Source: Dialister sp.
GTDB lineage: Bacteria > Bacillota > Negativicutes > Veillonellales > Dialisteraceae
NCBI GenBank assembly: GCA_022743185.1
Contig: JAIIJA010000001.1
Location: 1-40,467, forward strand
Direction of reading: 5' to 3'
DNA: 40,467 bases
Shown: piece by piece, positions 27,883 to 37,153 of the stretch
Position numbering within the stretch: position 1 is the first letter of the stretch
Layout of the letters: every line of letters begins with the position of its first letter
Notes under the pieces: model-generated
Database searches by the model: none
Told to the model about the DNA's origin: nothing
What the model saw: the letters and a program-made list of their open reading frames with translations, nothing else
Made by a program: the position numbers and the translations under genes

Positions 27883-28758
27883 ATGGAAGAAACTATGACA
27901 CAGGATGGGAAAGAGATTCTCTTCGACATCCGTCATTTGACACATACCTTCGAGACGGAGGACGGGAAGACATTCGACGCGCTGTCGGATGTGACCTGCA
28001 CGATCCCGAAGGGATCCTTCACAGCCATCATTGGCACAAATGGGAGCGGCAAGTCTACACTCGCAAGGCATCTCAATGCCCTGTATCTTCCGACGGCGGG
28101 CGAGGTCATCGTAGAAGGCATGAAAACCAGCGACATGGAGCATATCTGGGACATCCGGCAAAAGGTCGGCATGGTCTTTCAGAATCCGGATAACCAGCTG
28201 GTCGCGGCTATCGTCGAAGAAGACGTCGCCTTTGGTCCGGAGAACCTGGGTGTACCCGCAGAAGAAATCCGAAAGCGCGTGGACTATGCGCTGGAAAAAG
28301 TCGGCATGAGCGCCTACCGCACGCATTCACCGGCGATGCTCTCTGGCGGACAGAAGCAGAGGATCGCCATCGCCGGCGTACTCGCGATGCATCCGGACTG
28401 CATCGTCTTGGACGAACCGACGGCGATGCTCGACCCTCTGGGACGCAAGGAAGTCATGGATACCATCCATGAGCTGAACCGCTCGGAAGGGATCACCATC
28501 GTGCTGATCACCCATTTCATGGAGGAAGCCGTGACGGCGGATCATGTGCTGGTCGTCGACCGCACGAAGCTCCAGATGCAGGGGACAGCACGCGAAGTCT
28601 TCTCGCAGGCAGACAAGCTGACGGCCATGGGGCTCGATGTCCCGGTCGCTGCCGACCTTGCCCATGGGCTTCGGAAAAAAGGTTACGAGATTCCTGAAGA
28701 TTGCATGACAGATGAGGAGCTGGGAGAAGCACTATGTCCATACGCGTCGAACATATAA
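27883..28758 (+). CDS. ecfA1: ECF transporter ATPase A1
   Basis: GTNGSGKST, FQNPDNQ, LSGGQKQR, LDEPTAMLDP. Confidence 0.93.
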   Translation: MEETMTQDGKEILFDIRHLTHTFETEDGKTFDALSDVTCTIPKGSFTAIIGTNGSGKSTLARHLNALYLPTAGEVIVEGMKTSDMEHIWDIRQKVGMVFQNPDNQLVAAIVEEDVAFGPENLGVPAEEIRKRVDYALEKVGMSAYRTHSPAMLSGGQKQRIAIAGVLAMHPDCIVLDEPTAMLDPLGRKEVMDTIHELNRSEGITIVLITHFMEEAVTADHVLVVDRTKLQMQGTAREVFSQADKLTAMGLDVPVAADLAHGLRKKGYEIPEDCMTDEELGEALCPYASNI

Positions 28759-29603
28759 GTTATATTTATGGCAAGGGTTCGCCATTTGAAAAGACGGCCC
28801 TGGATGATGTTGATCTCACCATCGAAAAAGGAGAATTCATCGGCATTATCGGTCATACAGGGAGTGGGAAATCGACACTCATCCAGCACCTGAACGGGCT
28901 CATCCATCCGACCTGCGGCAAAGTCACCATCGATGGTGTCGACCTTGCCGAGAAATCCAAAGCCGCCGTCGCCAAGCGCCACTCGGTCGGCATGGTTTTC
29001 CAGTACCCGGAGCACCAGCTTTTTGAAGAAACCGTCGCCAAAGACATCGCCTTCGGGCCGATGAATCTGGGGTGTGATGAAGAAGAGGCCGGAAAGCGCG
29101 TGAAAAGCGCTATGAAATTTGCCGGTCTTGACTGCGACACCTTCGCAGGCCGCTCGCCCTTCCGCCTCTCCGGCGGGCAGCAGCGCCGCGTCGCCATTGC
29201 CGGCGTCATCGCGATGCACCCGGATTTCCTCATCTTGGACGAACCATCGGCAGGCCTGGACCCCATCGGGCGGCGGGAAATTTTCTCCCGCATCCAGAGC
29301 TGGTACAAGAAAGGCGTATTCTCCGTCATCCTCGTCTCGCATAATATGGATGACATCGCACGCCTGGCGACCCGCCTTCTCGTCATGCACAAAGGCCGCC
29401 TTGTGCTGGACGGCGAACCGATGGATATCTTCCTCCACCACAGAGAAGAACTCAAGGCCTGCGGCGTCGACGCCCCGCCCCTCACGCAGACCCTCCTCTA
29501 CCTGAAAGAGAAGGGCATCCCCGTGCCGGAAGAGGCAAAAACGACCGAAGAAGCCGTAGAAAAAATGGCAAAGATGCTGGGAGGTAAGACACATGCTCAC
29601 TGA
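28734..29603 (+). CDS. ecfA2: ECF transporter ATPase A2
   Basis: GHTGSGKST, FQYPEHQLFEETV, SPFRLSGGQ, LDEPSAGLDP. Confidence 0.93.
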   Translation: MSIRVEHISYIYGKGSPFEKTALDDVDLTIEKGEFIGIIGHTGSGKSTLIQHLNGLIHPTCGKVTIDGVDLAEKSKAAVAKRHSVGMVFQYPEHQLFEETVAKDIAFGPMNLGCDEEEAGKRVKSAMKFAGLDCDTFAGRSPFRLSGGQQRRVAIAGVIAMHPDFLILDEPSAGLDPIGRREIFSRIQSWYKKGVFSVILVSHNMDDIARLATRLLVMHKGRLVLDGEPMDIFLHHREELKACGVDAPPLTQTLLYLKEKGIPVPEEAKTTEEAVEKMAKMLGGKTHAH

Positions 29604-30396
29604 TATGACCCTCGGCCAGTACTATCCCGGCCATTCGTACCTGCACCAGATGGATCCCCGTGCGAAGATCCTCTGTACCATGATCTTCATCGTCGCGATT
29701 TTCCTCGCGAACAACCTGTATTCCTACGTAGTCGTTGCCGGCTTCACCTTCCTTGCCATCGCCCTCTCCGGCGTACCGGCGAAAATGATCTGGAAGGCCA
29801 TCAAGCCCCTCTGGGTGATCCTTGTTTTCACCATGCTCATCCACATCCTCACCACCCCTGGGACGGAGATCTTTTCGTGGAAATTCATCCACATCAGCGA
29901 AGAAGGCATCAGGAACGGCATCGTCATGACACTGCGCCTCGTCTTCCTCATCGCCTTCTCCTCGCTGCTCACCTATACCACGAGCCCGATCGTCTTGACC
30001 GACGGCATCGAAGACCTCCTGATGCCATTCCGTCGCTTCGGGGTACCCGCGCACGAGCTCGCCATGATGATGACCATCGCGCTCCGTTTCATCCCGACAC
30101 TTTTGGAAGAAACTGACCGCATCATGAAAGCCCAGTCCTCCCGAGGCGCTGACTTCGTGAACGGCAATCTTTGGCAGCGCGCCAAGAACATGATCCCGCT
30201 CCTTGTCCCGCTCTTCATCTCCGCCTTCCGCCGCGCCGACGACCTCGCGACCGCCATGGAAGCCCGCTGCTATCGCGGCGGCGAAGGACGTACCAAGATG
30301 CACCAGCTCTCCTATACATGGCGGGATAGAAATGCCTTCATCGCTATTGCCCTCGTGACCGGCGCCCTCATCGCGCTGTATGTAGTCATGAGATAG
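29593..30396 (+). CDS. ecfT: ECF transporter transmembrane component T
   Basis: LGQYYPG..LH.MDPRAK, IALRFIPTL, AQSSRGA and AMEARCY motifs. Confidence 0.93.
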   Translation: MLTDMTLGQYYPGHSYLHQMDPRAKILCTMIFIVAIFLANNLYSYVVVAGFTFLAIALSGVPAKMIWKAIKPLWVILVFTMLIHILTTPGTEIFSWKFIHISEEGIRNGIVMTLRLVFLIAFSSLLTYTTSPIVLTDGIEDLLMPFRRFGVPAHELAMMMTIALRFIPTLLEETDRIMKAQSSRGADFVNGNLWQRAKNMIPLLVPLFISAFRRADDLATAMEARCYRGGEGRTKMHQLSYTWRDRNAFIAIALVTGALIALYVVMR

Positions 30397-30709
30397 AATC
30401 GGGCGTGGGGTTAGCCACATGGAATCCTGAAGTTTGAAAGCAGGGATGAGTAGCTAGGGATTAGAAATGAGCGGTGATCGAAATAGCGCAATTGGTACGC
30501 TGACCGTTCTGCGAGGAAGATCTCTCGGCTACGCTCGAGATGACGGCGCGAAGCGCTATCAAAATTTCGCGGCGCTTCTGATTTTTATGCGCTACACCAT
30601 CCCCGCCCTACCTATAGAACCCCCTGAACCTCTTTCAAACGCAATTAAGGGGAACTCCTAATCCCTAATCCCCAGTCACTAGCCACTATTTTTCCCGAAG
30701 GATCATCCC

Positions 30710-31510
30710 ATGCGAAATATCTGGATCACCGTTTCCTACGAAGGAACAAACTATGCCGGCTTCCAGCGCCAGCCCACCCGCATGACCGTGCAGGAAATGC
30801 TTGAGAATACACTCCTTCAGCTGACGGGAAAGAAGACAACCATTTACTTCGTCGCCCGCACCGATGCCGGCGTCCATGCCTATGGGCAGGAGTGTACCTT
30901 CTACACCGAGTCCCGCATCCCGGGGGATCGATTTGTCCACGCCATGAATGCCCTCCTTCCGCGCGATATCCGCGTCCGCCAAAGCCGGGAGATGGACGAA
31001 GACTTCTCCGTCCGCCGCCGCAACTTCGGCAAGACCTACGGCTACCTATTGACCGAGAGCCGCGAAGCCTCGCCCTTCCTCGTGCGCACCATCTGGCGCA
31101 CCGGTAAGCAGCTCGACCTTGCGAAAATGGAAGCAGCCGCCAAAGTCTTGGAAGGCCGCCACGACTTTACTTCCTTCCGTGGGAACAACGCCGTCCCCTC
31201 CGATCCCGTGCGGCTTATCCATGAGATCCGTCTTCGGAAAGTGGGGCCCCTCATCTGGATCTACGTCACCGGCGAAGGCTTTCTCTACCACATGGTCAGA
31301 AACATCGCCGGCGCTCTCGTTGATGCCGGGAGCAGCGTCCTTGCTCCGGATGATCTCGAACGGATTTTGGAAGCCCGCGACCGACGAGAGCTCGGTCTCA
31401 CCGCTCCGGCGGAAGGTCTTGCCCTTCTCAAAGTCTATTTCCAGCCGATCACGAAAGAAGCAATCAATGAGACATTGCAAGAGCCCTTCTACCCATGGTG
31501 CGGCGCATAG
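30710..31510 (+). CDS. truA: tRNA pseudouridine(38-40) synthase
   Basis: SYEGTNYAGFQ, RTDAGVHA, HDFTSF, GFLYHMVRNI, TAPAEGL; usual position after ecfT. Confidence 0.95.
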   Translation: MRNIWITVSYEGTNYAGFQRQPTRMTVQEMLENTLLQLTGKKTTIYFVARTDAGVHAYGQECTFYTESRIPGDRFVHAMNALLPRDIRVRQSREMDEDFSVRRRNFGKTYGYLLTESREASPFLVRTIWRTGKQLDLAKMEAAAKVLEGRHDFTSFRGNNAVPSDPVRLIHEIRLRKVGPLIWIYVTGEGFLYHMVRNIAGALVDAGSSVLAPDDLERILEARDRRELGLTAPAEGLALLKVYFQPITKEAINETLQEPFYPWCGA

Positions 31511-31546
31511 AAAAAGGGCGTGATGCAAAAGCGTCACGCCCTTTTT
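31511..31546 (+). terminator. Intrinsic (possibly bidirectional) terminator after truA
   Basis: aaaaagggcgtgatgc-aaaa-gcgtcacgcccttttt. Confidence 0.85.
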
Positions 31547-31857
31547 GTATTCGTGATTCCTTAGCCGTTGGAAGATCAGACAAAGGCACTATGCTTGTAA
31601 AAGTCCTTCTGCCGCTCTGAATGTAAAAGGACATAACAATGGAAGTCAGAATGATATTGATTTTGAACTCTGCGGTGTACTTCTTGTTTTGTATGATGGG
31701 GATCTCCTGTTTGAGCTCATTAGGCTCCAAATCTACGCTTAAAAGCCAAGGGGGCCGGTCAGGATCTCTGGGCTTATTATACCTGTCCTTTTGCGTGGGA
31801 GAGAAATAGCTTGGTGACAATTCATGCTTCGATGCTTCTGGCTTTGATATTGTCAAA

Positions 31858-32096
31858 TTTGGGGTTATTTCTTTTCCTGCCATTTGATAAGACGGCTCTG
31901 CTTCTTCGTCTTGAAAATACTTATCGACGGTATAAAGCTGCCGTTCCTCATGCAAGGCAAGGTTGGAAAAAGTAACTTCCCGAACTCTGCGCCGACGAAT
32001 TTCCTCATGGGCGTTGCACGCTTCATTGTGCAGCACTGATTTACAGAACTTTTGAAACGCACATTGCTTTTCAAATTCCCTGCGATTAGGTGTCAT
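31858..32096 (-). pseudogene. 3'-truncated sigma-70-like regulator of Tn916/CTn-type ICEs (Orf7-like)
   Basis: MTPNRREFEKQCAFQKFCKSVLHNEA..REVTFS.L....QLYTVDKY resembles the N-terminus of this family; sigma region-4 HTH absent after KEITP; SD aaggaggtga. Confidence 0.65.
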
Positions 32097-32454
32097 GGTG
32101 TTCACCTCCTTTCTGCCGAAAGGCGGTAGTACCTCCCCTTTTCGCGGGATAATACAGGCGACTTTTTGCTTTGCCAAAAAGAGGGCAAAGTTTTTGAAAA
32201 ATCTTCTGTAAAATGCGAAATGCGCCTGCCTGCAAAATGCAGACAGACGCATAGGAAATAACAGCAGTATTTAATTGTTTTGACAGTTCATCTACATAGC
32301 CGGAATAACCCGTTGTAGGATACAAACTTTTTTAGACAAAAGATGTCCTTTTATCAGATAAGCATAGCTTATTTTATTCAGCATAACGGCAACCTCCTAT
32401 ATACCGCCATGCTGATTGCAAGGTAAAATGTGGTCGTCATTGCTAAATTTATGC

Positions 32455-32492
32455 AAAAAGAAGCGGCGGCTCTGAAATTCAAAACCACCGCT
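32455..32492 (-). terminator. Terminator downstream of the acetyltransferase
   Basis: Minus strand agcggtggttttga-at-ttcagagccgccgct-tcttttt. Confidence 0.7.
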
Positions 32493-32557
32493 GAAAAAAC
32501 GCATTAAAAGATGTCTGCATTGCGACGGCTTTTTTCTTTTGCCGTCGCGCGGCAGAT

Positions 32558-33178
32558 TTAGTTTAGTTGTTTTACATTACCGGATTGAATAGCAGTAATA
32601 TTTTTAGCTATTCTCTCTTTAGACCAATCCCACCATTTTAATTTGAGCAATGTATCAATCGTTTCCTCATTAAATCTTTTTCGTATCTGTTTTGCCGATA
32701 CACCTCCCACGATTGTATAAGGTGGAACATCTTTCGTTACAACTGCTCGCGCTCCGATAATAGCACCGTCGCCAATCGTAACGCCCGCTAAAATGACTGC
32801 TTCATAACCAATCCAAACATCATTTCCGACAACAATATCTCCTTTATTATCCCATGCCTTTTTAATGTCTTTTACGTCTAATCCCCATTCTTCAAAAAAA
32901 ATAGGAAATGGGTATGTTGATAAGGACGATAATGTATGATTTGCACTATTGAAAATAAACTTTGCTCCACACGCGATTGAACAAAATTTCCCAATTATCA
33001 ATTTGTCTTGATTGATAGGGTATTGATATAAAACATTATTTTTTTCAAAGTCTTTTGGTTCTTTCACAAAATCATTATACATAGTATAATCGCCCACTAT
33101 GATATTAGGGTTAGTGATAACACTTTTAAGATATACCGTTTCTTTATCTTTTGAACGTGGATAAATTTTCTGTAACAT
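32558..33178 (-). CDS. Vat/CatB-family xenobiotic O-acetyltransferase (hexapeptide repeat)
   Basis: [51 protein letters not shown]. Confidence 0.9.
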   Translation of the reverse strand: MLQKIYPRSKDKETVYLKSVITNPNIIVGDYTMYNDFVKEPKDFEKNNVLYQYPINQDKLIIGKFCSIACGAKFIFNSANHTLSSLSTYPFPIFFEEWGLDVKDIKKAWDNKGDIVVGNDVWIGYEAVILAGVTIGDGAIIGARAVVTKDVPPYTIVGGVSAKQIRKRFNEETIDTLLKLKWWDWSKERIAKNITAIQSGNVKQLN

Positions 33179-33191
33179 AATGGTTCCTCCC

Positions 33192-33899
33192 TTATCGCTC
33201 TAACGGAAAAGTGAATGTTTGAATACATTCAAAATGGTTATTTTCTACATAATATACGGTTTGCTCTTTGGCAGAATACACGAAAGAAACTCTCGTTGCC
33301 CATGCACCCTCTTGACGTACATCATAAAGTAAATGAATTGCGTCTGAAATTGAAAAATCGGGGCTATATTTTTCTAATTTTTTCAAAGCACGTTCATATC
33401 TATCGTCCCCCGGAACAATAAAATCTTTTGTACTTTCCGGCTTCATCAAAGAATAGTTCGTTATCAAGGAATATTGTTCGCGTTCTTCTTTATAGCCTAT
33501 TCCCGGTTCAATGATTAAAACACGTCCATGACTGTCTGATAACATTGCCTGCATGGTTGCGTCCGGTGCATAAGTAACTTGCTTTGCCTTTACAATTTGG
33601 AGTACCTCATCAAAAGAAATTTGTGCTTTAATAAACTGTTCTGTCAAGTCGGCAATCGTTATACAGTCAGAATTATCTCGAGATATTCCGGCAGGATTGT
33701 CATGCACATATAACAATGTCCCAACATTTCCATTCCTATTGATACCATGATAAGAGTGGTATGTACCGTCCGGTCGTAAAATACCTATATAAAAGCGTTC
33801 TTTTTCTTTTATCACTTTATGTTTCCACACTGCAAGGTCAATATCAAAATTAAATCCTGTAATCATGTCATTCCCATTATAAACAAATCGGGTACACAT
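33192..33899 (-). CDS. Ntn-hydrolase superfamily protein (linear amide C-N hydrolase-like)
   Basis: N-terminal M-C-T nucleophile position, GFNFD, GINRNG, LITN, T..S.VYS. Confidence 0.65.
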   Translation of the reverse strand: MCTRFVYNGNDMITGFNFDIDLAVWKHKVIKEKERFYIGILRPDGTYHSYHGINRNGNVGTLLYVHDNPAGISRDNSDCITIADLTEQFIKAQISFDEVLQIVKAKQVTYAPDATMQAMLSDSHGRVLIIEPGIGYKEEREQYSLITNYSLMKPESTKDFIVPGDDRYERALKKLEKYSPDFSISDAIHLLYDVRQEGAWATRVSFVYSAKEQTVYYVENNHFECIQTFTFPLER

Positions 33900-34030
33900 A
33901 ATAGTTCCCTCCCATGTATTTTAAATATTTCTTCTTTATCATACAGTTCGTTGAAAAAATTTTCTATACTCTATATAACACCGAACCAATCTGTATAAAA
34001 ATAAGAGGCTGCACTCGGCAGCCCCTTACC

Positions 34031-34294
34031 TTACTTTTGATATATAATTTTCCGAACCGCATATAAAGATAGGCAATATTTTTCGGCAAGACAATTTATA
34101 GAAATACCGCTTTGATATTCTTGTTTTATCTTCTGATTACGTTGCTCTAATTCTTTCCTGTAACCGGAAACTTCTCCCCAACGCTTTTGTTGCTCCTGTT
34201 CGACAGGAACATAAATATATTCGCCTTGAACATAACTTTGTAACTCTTTTACCAATGCGTCCGGAAGAATAACTTGTGCATTTTTATATTTCAT
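34031..34294 (-). CDS. CD3324-family small HTH (Mor-like) protein
   Basis: MKYKNA..ILP..LV.ELQ.YVQGEYIYVP, WGE.SG, RN..I, LAEKY.LS..VRKIIY; SD aaggagg. Confidence 0.75.
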   Translation of the reverse strand: MKYKNAQVILPDALVKELQSYVQGEYIYVPVEQEQQKRWGEVSGYRKELEQRNQKIKQEYQSGISINCLAEKYCLSLYAVRKIIYQK

Positions 34295-34355
34295 GCAGGC
34301 TTCCTCCTTGATTATGATAGTCAAGTTACAAAGCCAGCATTATTTTGCGACTATT

Positions 34356-34433
34356 TTACTCCATGCAACCGTCGCAATCTACTGGCTTTGCATGGAGAAA
34401 ATCTTTGTTTCTCTTTTTGGTGTTGATACACAT
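34356..34433 (-). CDS. Putative 25-aa leader peptide MCINTKKRNKDFLHAKPVDCDGCME
   Basis: SD-like gaaagaagtga then ATG; overlaps mutually exclusive hairpins upstream of the CD3324-like gene. Confidence 0.45.
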   Translation of the reverse strand: MCINTKKRNKDFLHAKPVDCDGCME

Positions 34434-34465
34434 ATAAATCACTTCTTTCAATCAAATAGGGATTA

Positions 34466-35041
34466 TTGTCAGTATATCATTTTGATGGAAAAAAATACAA
34501 CCTGTATATTTTAGGAGATAATGAACAATTTTACGGTAGTCGAAGCGCTTGGCAGAAGACTGATTACGGTCAGGTGTATAGTGCTGATGATTACTGGGGG
34601 TACATTTCTGCTATCAATGATACGGAGGCTCTTTTTCAGTCAACAAATTTATTTGGAAAGAAGGGCAATGCTTATCTTGAATACATGAATATGACAGATC
34701 CAACATACATGGGAGGTGTTTATCTAATTACTGGTGAATCTGATCAGCCGGATGTTTTGGTTACAGCTGAACAGATGACTGTGGGTGGATTTATTAGTTA
34801 CCGGTGTTTTGTCATTCAAAATGGTAGCCTTACGCCGATGAGATTTATGGGGGATGATAAACGAACACATTTATCAGTTATTGGTACCTATAAAAAGCCG
34901 TATGGTGTAGAGGATGGCACGATAGCTTTTCCGTGGCGTAGGCAAAAAGGGTTCAACTACAATGCCGGAAGTTTTGTGTCTGTTTACATGCCGGATTTTA
35001 CCAATTTGATTCTGATCCATGGTTACACATACGAAGAATAA
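34466..35041 (+). pseudogene. Hypothetical protein, probably 5'-truncated
   Basis: Protein-like 191-codon frame, but its TTG start has no SD and lies inside the island promoter. Confidence 0.45.
34471..34500 (-). promoter_or_regulatory. Promoter of the island operon
   Basis: Minus strand TTGTAT-18 nt-TATACT with TGn extension. Confidence 0.55.
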
Positions 35042-35243
35042 CCGAATGTTTGATACAGTTTCCTTTTATAAGATAAAGAGGATAGGCTTATTATACGGGG
35101 ATAGAAAAGAGCGATGAGCTTTGCAGGCTCATTGCTCTTTTGCACTTTCCGCATGCGAAAAAATAGAATTTGTTTTCCCGATAAATCATGCTATAATACG
35201 AGTAGAGTACTAAAAAAACGAAAAGAGTACTGGAGGAATTATT

Positions 35244-35792
35244 ATGGATGAACAGCTGATCGCGGCGGCGAAGGAAGAGATGCGGCTGCACTCGGTCAAA
35301 TTCACGATGGACGATATCGCAAGGAAGCTCCATATCTCGAAAAGTACGCTGTACCAGAAGGCGTCTTCGAAGGCGGTGCTGATCCGCATGGTGTGTCTGG
35401 CAGATCAGGAGGCGTTTCGGAAGGCGAAGGAAGCGCTGATGATGAAGAAGGACACGGCGCGCGGGCGGCTGCTCTCGTACTGCCGTCTTTTTGTGGAGAC
35501 GCTGTGGGCGATGCCGGATGGGTTTTATCAGGATATAGAGATCCATTATCCGGAGATCTGGAAGATGTGGATGGATTTCAAGTATGAGGAGTTCGACTAT
35601 ATGATGGAGCTCCTTAAGGCCGGGGTCGCGGCGGGGGCTTTTCGTGAGGTGAATTTGACGATCCTTCGCATGATCCTCATCACATCGACGCACAATCTGA
35701 ATGATGCGGATTTCCTTCGCGAGCAAAATATGACGGGTACGGATGTGATGAATGTGCTCGAGGATATCATTTTGCATGGGATAGAAAAGTAA
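35244..35792 (+). CDS. TetR/AcrR-family regulator
   Basis: FTMDDIARKLHISKSTLY HTH, GV..GAFR; upstream of the RND genes; SD ggagg. Confidence 0.9.
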   Translation: MDEQLIAAAKEEMRLHSVKFTMDDIARKLHISKSTLYQKASSKAVLIRMVCLADQEAFRKAKEALMMKKDTARGRLLSYCRLFVETLWAMPDGFYQDIEIHYPEIWKMWMDFKYEEFDYMMELLKAGVAAGAFREVNLTILRMILITSTHNLNDADFLREQNMTGTDVMNVLEDIILHGIEK

Positions 35793-36088
35793 TATAAGGT
35801 TGGCGGGTTCAGGTTGATGGATTCGGGAAATTTTACCGGAGGGTTCTATAGGTTCAACAGGTTCAAGGGGTTCAACGGGGAAGGTACGGCGCATAAAAAC
35901 CGGAAGCGCCGCGGAATATAAATGGGTGATGACTGATTGAGATGTTGAACCAGGAGACTAAGTGACTTTAGAAGTCAGATGTTTGATGTCTGATATCTCT
36001 TGATCTCCCAGTCTCTCAGTCTCTTAGTCTCATCCCCAGCCACTGTTCCTTAGTCCCCAGTCACTATTAATATACAAGGAGTCAGTCT

Positions 36089-37153
36089 ATGAAACGTTTA
36101 GCTATGTATATCGGTGTGATGCTTATAGGTGCTTCGATCGCGCTGTCGGGGTGCGGAGCAGAGAAGGCAGCGGCGCCAAAGGCGCCTTTGGTGAAGTCGA
36201 TGGTCATCGGTGAGACGGAGTCAGGCGTGAAGAATACGTTCTCCGGCACGGTGCATGGTTTTTTTGAGTCGCCTCTGGCATTTCAGGTGGGGGGCCGGAT
36301 CATGCAGCGCTATGTCACATCCGGTGAGCGGGTCAGCGCAGGGCAGGCGCTCTTCAAGGTAGACTCGAAGGATGCGGAGGAGCAGGCAGCAGCGGCGCGT
36401 TCGCAACTGAATGCGGCGGAAGCATCGTATCGCCTCGCACAGTCGACGCTGGCGCGGTATGAGAAGCTGCACTCGGTGTCGGCGATCTCTGATCTTGCCA
36501 TTGATCAGACGAGAAATCAGGCGGAGCTTGCAGCGGCGCAGCTCGAGTCTGCACAGGCGGCGCTCTCGCGCGCGGAGAATAATCTTGGCTTCACGGTGCT
36601 TTCGGCAGATCGCGATGGGATCGTCGGCGCGACGCTCTATGAGGTGGGGCAGGTCGTCGCGGCGGGGACACCGGTGGTGTCGATCATCGATGATTCGCAG
36701 CTGGATGTCTACATTTCTTTGACAGAGAAGCAGTATCGGGAGTATTCGGTGGGGATGCCGTGTACGGTGACATTCTGGGCGCTGCCGAATGTGAGCGTAG
36801 AGGGGCGCGTCCGCGAAGTAGCGGCTGCGCCGAATGCGCAGACGGGGACATATGATGCGAAGGTGACTTTGGTCGATCCGCCGGAGAATATCGCCGTCGG
36901 CATGACGGCAGAAGTGAAGTTTGGCGACAGAGGGGTCGGCAAGGGCATCATGATCCCGCTTTCTGCGATGGCGACGCAGGATCAGAAGCCGTCTGTCTGG
37001 GTGATCCGGGATCACAAGGTGACGCTGACGCCGGTCAAGGTGGGGCGCTACGGCGAGGATACGGTGGAGATCATCGAAGGACTTGCCAAGGGTGATCGCA
37101 TCGTGACGGCGGGCGTTTCGAAACTGGCTGAAGGAGAAGAGGTACGCGTATGA
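36089..37153 (+). CDS. RND efflux periplasmic adaptor (MFP) lipoprotein
   Basis: Lipobox LSGC, LAFQVGGRI, G.RV.AGQ.L, coiled hairpin, GL..GD.IVTAG. Confidence 0.92.
   Translation: MKRLAMYIGVMLIGASIALSGCGAEKAAAPKAPLVKSMVIGETESGVKNTFSGTVHGFFESPLAFQVGGRIMQRYVTSGERVSAGQALFKVDSKDAEEQAAAARSQLNAAEASYRLAQSTLARYEKLHSVSAISDLAIDQTRNQAELAAAQLESAQAALSRAENNLGFTVLSADRDGIVGATLYEVGQVVAAGTPVVSIIDDSQLDVYISLTEKQYREYSVGMPCTVTFWALPNVSVEGRVREVAAAPNAQTGTYDAKVTLVDPPENIAVGMTAEVKFGDRGVGKGIMIPLSAMATQDQKPSVWVIRDHKVTLTPVKVGRYGEDTVEIIEGLAKGDRIVTAGVSKLAEGEEVRV

Larger units (their letters stand above)
31858..34500. mobile_element. AT-rich horizontally acquired ICE-derived remnant
   Basis: Visibly AT-richer codon use than the flanks, ICE regulator fragment, resistance-type cargo, truncated ORFs at both edges; no integrase or transposase. 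Confidence 0.6.

Noticed and set aside
27883..30396. ECF module as a dedicated B12 importer of this locus
   Set aside because: No S component or riboswitch attached; ecfA1A2T-truA is the standard housekeeping arrangement
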